DNA of 64,000 nt from Paragordius varius (taxonomy: Eukaryota > Animalia > Nematomorpha), in assembly GCA_964247055.1 (NCBI GenBank), contig OZ176053.1:11780001-11844000 (forward strand), written 5' to 3'. The position numbers and the translations under genes were made by a program. Below the pieces are notes generated by a model. That model saw nothing but the letters and a program-made list of their open reading frames with translations, made no database searches and was not told where the DNA came from. Shown piece by piece: positions 49,301 to 61,900 of this stretch. How positions within the stretch are numbered: position 1 is the stretch's first letter; every line of letters begins with the position of its first letter.

Positions 49301-52300
49301 GTAGATGTAGAAGACAAGGGCGTGTACAGCCTTGAATTCGAAGGTCAACAAGTGAAAACAGAGGTCGTGATCCACGGTATCCATAAATGTTCTTATAATA
49401 ATAATTAGAAGTGCCGGTCGAAAAGATGGAAGAAATTAATGTAGTCGAAGTTGAGGAGGGTGGCCGACTTGATTTGACAGTCACCTTGCCTCACATAGTC
49501 GACAAGGTGATTTGGAAGAAGGACGAAACTGAGATTTTGACGGATGAACGCATCTCGTTCCGTCCTGAAGGTGTTACGCAAAGATTGGTGATATCCAAAG
49601 CTACTCCCCACGATTCCGGTGTCTACACGCTCGAGTTTGAGGGCGAAGAGGTCAAAACGCACGTCAAAATCAAAGGTTTCATCGTTCACGCTAATGTTTT
49701 ATTAGAAATACCAGTCGAAAATTTGGAGGAAATTCAAGTCATCGAAGCTGATGTCGGTGCTACGCTCGAGATATCCGTTACTCTGTCTCGCGATATCAAA
49801 GATGTCAAATGGCGCAAGGATAATATTGAGATATTGGAAGATGAACGGGTTAGGTTTGTACAGGAAGGCCTTGTTTACAAATTGGTAATTGGCAAGGTAG
49901 ATGTAGAAGACAAGGGCGTGTACAGCCTTGAATTCGAAGGTCAACAAGTGAAAACAGAGGTCGTGATCCACGGTATCCATAAATGTTCTTATAATAATAA
50001 TTAGAAGTGCCGGTCGAAAAGATGGAAGAAATTAATGTAGTCGAAGTTGAGGAGGGTGGCCGACTTGATTTGACAGTCACCTTGCCTCACATAGTCGACA
50101 AGGTGATTTGGAAGAAGGACGAAACTGAGATTTTGACGGATGAACGCATCTCGTTCCGTCCTGAAGGTGTTACGCAAAGATTGGTGATATCCAAAGCTAC
50201 TCCCCACGATTCCGGTGTCTACACGCTCGAGTTTGAGGGCGAAGAGGTCAAAACGCACGTCAAAATCAAAGGTTTCATCGTTCACGCTAATGTTTTATTA
50301 GAAATACCAGTCGAAAATTTGGAGGAAATTCAAGTCATCGAAGCTGATGTCGGTGCTACGCTCGAGATATCCGTTACTCTGTCTCGCGATATCAAAGATG
50401 TCAAATGGCGCAAGGATAATATTGAGATATTGGAAGATGAACGGGTTAGGTTTGTACAGGAAGGCCTTGTTTACAAATTGGTAATTGGCAAGGTAGATGT
50501 AGAAGACAAGGGCGTGTACAGCCTTGAATTCGAAGGTCAACAAGTGAAAACAGAGGTCGTGATCCACGGTATCCATAAATGTTCTTATAATAATAATTAG
50601 AAGTGCCGGTCGAAAAGATGGAAGAAATTAATGTAATCGAAGTTGAGGAGGGTGGCCGACTTGATTTGACAGTCACCTTGCCTCACATAGTCGACAAGGT
50701 GATTTGGAAGAAGGACGAAACTGAGATTTTGACGGATGAACGCATCTCGTTCCGTCCTGAAGGTGTTACGCAAAGATTGGTGATATCCAAAGCTACTCCC
50801 CACGATTCCGGTGTCTACACGCTCGAGTTTGAGGGCGAAGAGGTCAAAGCGCACGTCAAAATCAAAGGTTTTATCGTTCACGCTGATGTTTTATTAGAAA
50901 TACCAGTCGAAAATTTGGAGGAAATTCAAGTCATCGAAGCTGATGTCGGTGCTACGCTCGAGATATCCGTTACTCTGTCTCGCGATATCAAAGATGTCAA
51001 ATGGCGCAAGGATAATATTGAGATATTGGAAGATGAACGGGTTAGGTTTGTACAGGAAGGCCTTGTTTACAAATTGGTAATTGGCAAGGTAGATGTAGAA
51101 GACAAGGGCGTGTACAGCCTTGAATTCGAAGGTCAACAAGTGAAAACAGAGGTCGTGATCCACGGTATCCTTAAATCTTCTTATAATAATAATTAGAAGT
51201 GCCGGTCGAAAAGATGGAAGAAATTAATGTAATCGAAGTTGAGGAGGGTGGCCGACTTGATTTGACAGTCACCTTGCCTCACATAGTCGACAAGGTGATT
51301 TGGAAGAAGGACGAAACTGAGATTTTGACGGATGAACGCATCTCGTTCCGTCCTGAAGGTGTTACGCAAAGATTGGTGATATCCAAAGCTACTCCCCACG
51401 ATTCCGGTGTCTTCACGCTCGAGTTTGAGGGCGAAGAGGTCAAAACGCACGTCAAAATCAAAGGTTTTATCGTTCACGCTGATGTTTTATTAGAAATACC
51501 AGTCGAAAATTTGGAGGAAATTCAAGTCATCGAAGCTGATGTCGGTGCTACGCTCGAGATATCCGTTACTCTGTCTCGCGATATCAAAGATGTCAAATGG
51601 CGCAAGGATAATATTGAGATATTGGAAGATGAACGGGTTAGGTTTGTGCAGGAAGGCCTTGTTTACAAATTGGTAATTGGCAAGGTAGATGTAGAAGACA
51701 AGGGCGTGTACAGCCTTGAATTCGAAGGTCAACAAGTGAAAACAGAGGTCGTGATCCACGGTATCCTTAAATCTTCTTATAATAATAATTAGAAGTGCCG
51801 GTCGAAAAGATTGATTATATTGAAAATGAATATAACATCACTGATTTATCCAATTCAACGAATCCATCGATCGTTCCAACACCTCTCACGCCTGTCACTA
51901 ATGTTTCTTCATACTTGCTGGATTATTATGGTTATATTATTTTTTAGTTTAGATGTTGAACTTCCCTCTTTGATAACCACTCAGGGAGGTAAAATTCAAA
52001 TCACGATACAATCCCCGCTTAAGTTAGCCGATGTTAAAATTTATAAAAACAACTATGAGATTTTTCAAAATACGCATAACCATTTTTATGCAAATGATAC
52101 GGAATATTATTATGAGATACCTCATATGATTCCTACTGATCGAGGGTTTTATACCTTTTCAGTTAATGGTTTCAGAATTAGAACTAACATACTATTAAAC
52201 GGTTTTTTAAAATAAAATATAATAGAGCTATATAAAAATATATCTGATGAAAAGTCTTATACTATGATTGCAACTAAACATTCCAAAATAAAAGATATTA

Positions 52301-54278
52301 TTATTACAACCAAAATAATAAACCATTCCTGCATATCTGATGCACTAGGTATCGTAGGAATATTTATTTAACGTGTGAAAATATTGTATTTTTTGGTAAA
52401 TGATTATATCATATATTAGCATCTCAAACTATCCAAACGATTGAGGCTGAAGAGGGATCAACTTTGGAACTCACTATAAATCTCTCTCATGCGCCATCAC
52501 AAATTCAATGGCGCAAAGATGACAAAATCATAGAACACGATCACAGATATGAAATCATTAATAAAGGTGTTCACCAGGAATTCATTATTCATGATGTTAA
52601 TAAAAATGATGAAGGGACATATGACATGGAGTTTGATGGACATAAAATAACAACTAGAGTGGAAGTCCTTTGTAAATATTATACTTTAGTCAATAAATTT
52701 AGGTAGCTCTCATTATATCTTTTTGTCAAATATATGTGCTAATAGAAACTATATAATTTAAATTTTTATATATTCAAACAACCTAAAAACTCGAATAATT
52801 ATTACGTTCTAGTGATAATAGTTATATCGTTTGAATGCATACTATATATATATATATATTATGATTAATTTATCCGCTATCCAAAAAATTATATGCAAAA
52901 TATTATTATGGGGCAAATTTTGTGGTTAAAAACTTTTGATAGATCGAATGATTAGATTTTAAAAACTTAAAAAAAATATTTTTGATTAAGGCCATATAAT
53001 AATAGTATTATTAAAAGGTACAAATGTAGACTGACAAATATCAGTTTTTTTTCACCGAATACATCCCTTTTTAGTCAAAAATATTTTTGTTGAACGTATT
53101 AATAAATTAGTAGGTTATTTAAAAGTAATTTTGCTAACCTACTGTATATATGTACACATATATATTTACTCTTAAATAACTACCATATTGATCAAATATA
53201 TAAAATTTATTTCAACATTCTCTGGCTAATACATTGTTTCATAAAATGCATAAAACCATTAAAACTTATCACTTAAATTTTCGAAATTATAGTCTTGTAA
53301 TTCATTTTTTATAACTAATTAAGTAAATATCTAATTTTTTTAACTAAATCCATAAAGTTTAAGGATTTACTCTCTAATCCCCTAATACGATCATTTACCC
53401 TAGCAGTCTATTATTATGTTAAATAAATTTTACTGAATTTGCAAACACTTTTATCCTTTAAATTTTTATAACAAGAATGTATTTCGGAGTAAGTTTTATT
53501 TTGAAAGCCTAAATTTAAAATATAATTGTAAAAGTGCTAAATATATGTATCAAACGGATATTTTTATATTAAACAAAATAACATTAATTTTTAACAGTTT
53601 TGTAACTTCTCCAACCTAAAATTCGCGTAACTCCTAAATCGATTCAAAAATTGTTAAAAATTTACTGTGTCATGTTTAAATTCATTTAAAGTTCTTGATT
53701 TTTTAATTATAGTATGTTTGTCCAAAAAATCATAAAGTGCTAATATAATAAAATCAAGAAAGGCTCACATATAGATGTTACATTTCAAATATTTTTATTA
53801 CATATTTTATATGATTTAAATTATCCCAATTTATCCTACAAATAACTTAATTATAAGCCTTTAACTGTTTATAATTTTTTAAATGTTATTTATTGTCAGT
53901 TTGTTGTTTACCCTATAATGACTATAATAACTTATCACCGTGATAGCTCCACCACAACCCCAAACTACTGTAACAAAAACTGTAGAAGTTGAAGAAGATG
54001 AACGATTAGAATTAAGCGTAATATTGCCCCGTCCAACCCCAACACAATGGAAAAAAGATAATGTCCCCATTGTCGAGAGTGTCCATGTTTATCCGAAACG
54101 TGAAGGATTGACGGAAAAATTGGTTATAGAAACTGTTAGGTCGGCGGATAGTGGCATTTATACATTGGAGTTCGAAGATAAAAAGATACCCACCCATGTG
54201 AATGTTATCAAACGCGAAGGTAATTTCAATATAAATTCATATTATGTTTTTACAACAATCACATCAATACTTTTTAAA

Positions 54279-54319
<41 letters not shown>

Positions 54320-57300
54320 CTATTTTGGGTCCTTCAAGAAGAGAATTTTTAAAAATTATGAAGATTCAGAAGCAATATTATGTGCAATTAAAGTTTTCAA
54401 AAAAATGAGCTACATGTTAATAAGTACATTTTGGGTCTTTAAAACTATAGTCAAAAAACATTCAAAAAAACTATTTTTCGCATTTAGTTTTTGTTCTTAT
54501 TTTACTTATATGACGTTTGATTTATTTCTATATAAAAACCCATAACGTTTGTTTTCCTGTTTAGTATAGAGCCGAAATAATGTAAATTCACCACTCATTG
54601 TAAAAAGGACTCTATCATGAAAATCCTTTATTTTAATCAAACAGCGTTAAAAAAATAATAATAATGTATATTTTTCCGACATTTTTATTTTCATTTTAGG
54701 ATAAAACCGTTAAAAGTTGGATTCACTGTCACATGTTTTTTATATAGCTATAGGTTATTTAAATATTTTTTACAAAATTTTGACCTTATTGAATTTACCA
54801 TTTTTTATAAAATTATGTTGTGGATAATGAGCTTTGTATTTGTCTAACAATTAGGGATTGGTTCTAATTTATTTATAAGATTGATTGTAAAATAATTTCT
54901 TGTTGATTTAAAGATAAATTCATTTGAATCCAAAATATTACCCTAAATGCTTTGTTGTCATGATAGCTCCAACACAACCCCAAACTACTGTGACAAAAAC
55001 TGTGGAAGTTGAAGAAGATGAGCGATTAGAATTAAGCGTAATATTGCCTCGTCCTACCCCAACACAATGGAAAAAAGATAATGTCCCCATTGTTGCAAGT
55101 GTCCATATTTATCCAGAACGTGAAGGATTGACAGAAAAACTAGTTATAGAAACTGTTAAAACGGAGGATAGTGGTATATATACCTTGGAATTCGAAGATA
55201 AAAAGATACCGACCCAAGTGAATGTCATTAAGCGCGAATGTAAGTTAAAATTAATCAATTTATTTATGTAAAATATTAAAATTGCATTTTCCAATGTAAT
55301 CGCGGATATTTATTGCGTGTTTGGTAATTTAAAACGTATTTATAGTTCTAAGATTTAATTAAAATGGCCTAACTTTCAATGCGACACTTTGTCTTCCGGC
55401 CTGTTTTATTTGTTATTAAACATTTAAGAAAAAAGTTATTTCTCAATGATTGCAGGTCATGATCTTTCAATTGGTGATAGATAAAAAATGACTTTCTGCC
55501 ATTTAATATTTACTCTGTGTTCTCCAATTAGACCCTTATAACCAATTAATGATATTGGCGTTTAATTCAATGACATTTATTTAGCACCAAAGCCCCAAAT
55601 TTCTGAAAAACAGACCGTAGAAGTTGAGGAAGGTGAGCAAATGGAACTTTCTGTTATATTATCTCGCCCGGTTCCTGTTGAATGGAAAAAAGACCAAACT
55701 CCTATTCTTGAAAGTCCAAGGATTCACGTAATAAATCAGGGATTAACGCAAAAAATTGTTATTGATAATGTGGAACAAGAGGATAGCGGGACATACACCA
55801 TACAATATGAAAAAAATATAATACCCACCGAAGTCATTGTTCGGCCAAAGACTTCACGTATTTTAGAACTAAAAAAATATTTTTAATCAATAGAAATGCA
55901 ATTTTTAATCTCTAAACAGATTTTGTTAATCAACTCAATATACTTAATTATAATTTTTAAATAGCATAATAGATTAATTATTTATGCATTTTTTTTAAAC
56001 ATTATGTAATTTACTATTTTTTCTTATAACCAATTTAAAAGGTTAAATTTATTTTACAAGGTATTGGTTGTTGAGAACATGACATAATGATTTTGATCTG
56101 GTTATTGTTAGAATTTCTGTATCGCTTATAATACTATATATATAATTATATAGAAAGGATATATCGCATTCGGCCACAAATTACACCTAAATTTTAAGGA
56201 CAAATTATTTATTTGTACTAAAACATAAGCTTTACTTAGTAGTGAATATACTTGTTCTTAAGTTTTATATAATATAATAAAAAATTAATCTTCTGGCTGT
56301 TTAGCAGAAAAACCACAAACAGTTCAAACGATAGAAGCTGAAGAGGGTTCAACCCTAGAAGTAACCATAAATCTTTCACATTCACCCACACACGTTACCT
56401 GGTATAAAAATGATCGTCAACTTTACCAAGATGAACGACACACCTTTATTAATGAAAAAACTTTGCAACAACTTATCATTTATGAGGTCAGAAAATCTGA
56501 TGCTGCATTGTATCAACTGGAGGTAGATGGACAAAAGATATACATCAAAGTCATTATATTACGTAAGTCTCAAATTTTTTCACATATTTATGTTTTAAGC
56601 AAAGATTTTTAATATGCATAACATATATAAGATAAATATTTATTATGATTAAAATTAAATTGTGGTATATTCTTATGGTAATAAATTCTCGATTATGGGG
56701 CGCTGATTCAGAAATCACTTCAATGAATCAAAACCTTATAAGTCCATAATTAATATCGTAAAAAGACAACAGACCCATTCTATAAAATTAATTTTTAAAT
56801 GCTCATCTAGCAGGCTTTAAGTTTAAAATTAATATTTATGATATTATTTTTGTTTTTTAAACTTTAACTTTTTCTTGTATGATTGCTAATATTATTTTAA
56901 CCGTCATATTGAATATTTTATAATCTATTAATAAATTAACATTATGATAATAAATATATTGGTATTATATTACCAGTTTATGATAGTCTAATGTTATAAC
57001 TCATAAATACATAATCATCATGAGTCTATACGCGTCTTTTTATTTTTGTTATTCCATGGGACAATGAGAAAATTTGATCGATAGATTAATATTTAATGGA
57101 TTCGTATTCACATGCAGATCGTCGAATTTTGATATTGAGTAAGTTATATCCCTTCTTCGTTCCCTTGCCATTTCTAAAATACAATTCTTTTCTTGGGCAC
57201 TAACTTATTGTTTGATAGTCAATATTATCAAAATTTCATAAATTTAATGTTTTTTTATAAATTAAAAACAAAATTTTTATTTATATGAATAATAAATAAA

Positions 57301-58920
57301 TATTAGCACCGACTAAACCTGTGTCCGAAACCAAAACCATAGAAATTGATGAGGGTGAAACACTCGAATTAACTGTTGATTTGCCCCAAAGAGTATCAAC
57401 AGCCAGTTGGAGGAAAGAAAATACTGAATTGTTAAGTGATGATCGAATACACATAGTAAGAGATGATGTTACATACAAATTGGTTGTGGAAAGAATCAGA
57501 AAAACCGATGAAGGGACATATACCTTAGCCTATGACAATGAACAAATTAATACGCATGTTATTGTTCATGGTAATATATTTTCAAAGATGTTTAAAGTGT
57601 AAAATCATGTGAAATTTTTCGTTTCAGCAGCTACTGACAACAGTGGTAGCTAGGGGGAAAGCGGGCTGATGCACCGAGCGCCATAATTAAAGGTGCGCCG
57701 AATTTTAAATTTTTTTGATTTTATTTCAAAAAAATAGGTTATTAAAAGTAAGTAATTAAATAGTACATGAAAAATCATCCATTTATGAGTGGTCATGCCT
57801 GTTTGAATTTGATTATTGTTTTAAAGGGTGTTGCATGGATGGGGAGGGGCGCCATCACGGTTTCATTCACTGGGTGCCAGAAATTCAAGCTACGCCTCTG
57901 ACTGATAAACTAAATTCCTTAAATGATTATTTTTATGTGTCAAAAAATGATATTGTCGAATTTTCCTAAACAAAAAAATATTTCTATTCCAATTTTAAAT
58001 TCTCATCAATTTACATATGTGATATATTAAAAAATATAATTTTTGCATAAATAATTATAGAAAAACCGGAATCCACTATACAGACTATAGAGGCAGAGGA
58101 AGGGTCAACGCTAGAAATAAGCGTTAACCTTTCCGAATTCCCTAGACAAATTAAATGGTCGAAAGAAACAACTCCATTGTATGAGAACGAAAGGGTCAAA
58201 TTCTTTGATAACGGAACTCATCAACAATTAATGATTACCAATGTTGTAAAATCAGATGAAGGTCTTTATCAAATGGATTTCGATAATCACAAACTCTTGA
58301 CTCGTGTTATAGTAACACGTAAGTTTTTAATTTAAAAATGAGGATTTTTGTTTGATTTGGATTATATAAGTTGAAATCATACAAGCAAAACGCAAAAATA
58401 TAAAGACAAATATTTTCTAAAAAAACATATTTTAGACCATGATTTTTAAATATAAATCATCGTTTATGTGTTGCATAATAAAGGATAGAGATATTGATTG
58501 GTAAAGAACAAATTGTATATTTAGGAAATATCGTGGTTTAGATGGTATGCTTGTCGATTTAAAAATATATTTGTCTCTTAGTTTTATTTTTTGACTGTAT
58601 AATTTTAATTCTTACTGTAAATATTGAAATCAATATAGCTGTATCACAACCCCAAATTTCGGAAACAAAAACTGTCGAAGTTGAAGAAGATGAACGTTTG
58701 GAGTTAAGTGTTTTACTCCCACGCCCAACACCTACTCAATGGAAAAAAGATGATGTTCCCATTGTGGAAAGTGTCCATATTTACCCAAAACGCGAGGGCC
58801 TCACAGAGAAATTAGTTATAGAAAGCGTAAAATCGGAAGATAGTGGAATTTATACGTTGGAATTTGAGAATAAGATAGTACCCACACAAGTCATTGTCAT
58901 TGAACATGAGGGTATTTTAT

Positions 58921-58958
<38 letters not shown>

Positions 58959-61900
58959 TCATGTGCCCTGTAACATTGGTTATATTTGATGAAAAACAAT
59001 ATTTACATTAGCACCAAAGCCCCAAATTACTCAAAAACAGGTGGTGGAGTTGGAAGAAGGAGAACAAATGGAACTTTCTGTTACATTATCCCGACCGGTC
59101 CCCGTTGAATGGAAAAAAGACCAGGTTCCAATCGTTGAAGGCCCAAGAATTCACGTGGTGGATCAGGGATTAACACAAAAGATTGTGATTGAGGATGTGG
59201 AACAGGAAGACAGTGGGACCTACACGATTGAATATGATAAAAAGATTGTTCCCACCGAAGTCATTGTCCATCCCAAAATTAAAAGTAATCAATTAAAATT
59301 AATATAATATAAATACTAATAACACAGTGCATAATTTATTATTATTATTATTATTATGGGGCTTTGATAGGTTTGGATAAACCTAGCCTCTTTTCTTATA
59401 TATTTTCATTAAAAACACCCATAAAAATATTGGATTATAAAATTGGCATGCCTCTTTTTAACTAGTTAGTGTATAGGTTTTAAGCCTATATTATTAAAAA
59501 TAATAATAAAAAATTATAGTATTTAATTTTTGAAAAAATTAATTTATTTAGCACCAACGCATGTTACCGAAACACACACCGTTGAAATTGAAGAAGGGGA
59601 AAAATTGGAATTGAGTATCACTTTACCGAAACCTAAAACATCCGTAATTTGGAAAAAGGATGAAACGCCCATTACAGAGACTCCCAGAATACAACCAGAA
59701 AATCTTGGAACAGTGCAGAAAATTGTAATAGAGAGCGTGGAAAAAGAAGATAGTGGGACCTACACAATAGAATACGATAATGTTAAGATTCCTACACAAG
59801 TTATTGTTCACGCCAAAACTCAGGGTAATATTAATAATAATGTGAATGCATAAATTTTTCCATGAATTTTTGTAAAGACTCTAGTATAATTAGATTTTGT
59901 AAAAGGAATTGATATGATATGTTGATGTGTTATATTTTAGCAATATAATTAAGATATTAAAATATTAATCATGTACTTTACCTCAAAGTAACGAGAATGT
60001 TAACGTTAGTTTTAACTTGTGTAGTGTAGGGAGGTTAGATAATTTACACTTTTATTACAATATTTTCTAACAATTTACGATTTTATCAAATTTTATGTTA
60101 ATAAGTATATTAATATGCAGGCAAAAAGCCCCAAGAAATTATTCGTAAACCTGCTGTAGTGATAACTGAAGGTCAACCCCTAGTATTGAGTGTCCAGGCC
60201 ACAACTAGTAAACAACCGAGTGTATGGAAAAAGGATGGAGAAATTATTAGGAAATCAACACAAACCGAATTAACAGAAGATGAATGGACTCATACATTAA
60301 CGATTCACAAATCCAAATTAACTGATACGGGCGAATACACGTTAGAAGATGAAGATCGCAAAGTTGTTACTGAAGTCACTGTTCTGCGTATGTTTTCTAA
60401 ATAAAGATTGCAAATAATAAGTTTAAAATTTATTTTAATATGTCAATAATTTAGACAAAAAACATTGTTGAAACTTTAAATTGCGATTTTTTGCACTTAA
60501 ACAATATATTGTGTTTTAGCCGCTAAAGATGGATTTGAAATCCCCTTGAAGGACATAAATATTGTTGAAGGCCAAAACCTTAAATTGTTGGTTAAAATTT
60601 TGCGACCCGTATCGCCTAACGAAATTACATGGAGAAATAATGAAACAATTTTAACCGAAACTACCACAGATTTTGAACGTTATGTTTTCGACCATAAAGA
60701 TGATATATATTATACATTGATCATCAAGGAAATTAAGAAATCCGAAGAAGGGACATATACCTTCACATATAAAGACCAGGAAACCAAAGGATATGTCAAA
60801 GTTTTCAGTAAGTTAATTTTCAAACACTGATATATATTAAGTTTTAATCAAGCCAAACAATTAATTTATGCTATGTGTTATGCAGGCGTTCCTTCCCAAC
60901 CCACTAATCTTGAACTCGAGCATCAAGGTACGAATATAGTATTCAAATGGAATCAACCAGATTCTGAGGGTGGGTCACCAATTACAAGTAATGATTATTT
61001 TTGCACAAAAATTATAAAAATATGGGAAAAATATAATTATTTATAAGAAACGATAATATATTTGAGTAGGCCTATATAAAAAACTTATTAATCAATAAAA
61101 CAATCAATAGGAATTATTTTATAAATACCGCATAATATTTGGCTAAGAAAAAAATTTTTTTTCTCTTTTAAGATGTTTTATTGCTATTTATCAATCCTAT
61201 ATGCCATTTATCATATAGATTATACAATTGAGATTCGAGACAAAAGCAAAGAAAATTGGATTCAAATTGCAAATGTGGATTCAGAAACATATTCCATCCT
61301 CCTTACAGATTTGTCAGATCAGAAAACTTATAGAATTCGCGTGCGGGCCATAAACAAGGTTGGACCAAGCAAACCGGCAGAACTTGGACAGGATTTGAAA
61401 ATTACTGTTACAACTAAATCAGGTTATACTAACAATTCATCAGAAGGATTTAAGTTTGATGCTTAATATTGTCATTGTATATGTTTGTAGAGTGATCAAA
61501 ACATAAAACTTTTATACTCTATAATAAAGTTAAATTGCACAATTTTTCGACACCCAATTTATATCAGCTTTTTTTGAAATAAGAAAAAAAGAGTCTATAT
61601 ATATACCGTTTTATTTTTTGTATCCAGTTCCTTCACCACCAAGGAATCTCAAAGCATATCCCAAAATTGAACAAAATGAAATCCAATTAACATGGGATAT
61701 ACCGGAAACGGATGGTGGTTCCCCCTTAATTGGGTACATTATTGAACAAAGATCCGCAAACAGTCAACAATGGAAATCTGTTACGACGATAGAAGAGCGC
61801 TTAGATCAAACTCACATAGAGTATTCAATTGATAGAAACATTGAAAGAGATGCAGAATATTATTTCCGTGTATTTGCTTACAATGATGTAGGAACAAGTT

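Larger units (their letters stand above)
36661..51811 (+). repeat. Tandem array of 25 complete 596-bp units (two are 593 bp) plus partial units at both ends
   Basis: ORF starts recur every 596 bp from 36901 to 51199; units differ by only a few substitutions. Confidence 0.98.

Noticed and set aside
36647-51759. Recurrent minus-strand ORFs of 76, 89-92 and 94 aa
   Set aside because: Shadow frames of the GC-richer coding repeat. They recur only because the unit recurs, show no domain motifs, and are altered or lost in variant units.
36901-51792. 25 separate 197-aa genes, as listed in the ORF track
   Set aside because: They start at an internal GTG with no room for promoters or UTRs. Their stop is the AG of a GT-AG intron, and removing it joins all units in frame with the flanking Ig exons.
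36661-51811. CRISPR array or non-coding satellite
   Set aside because: No repeat-spacer structure, eukaryotic context, and the unit encodes intact Ig domains with only in-frame indels.
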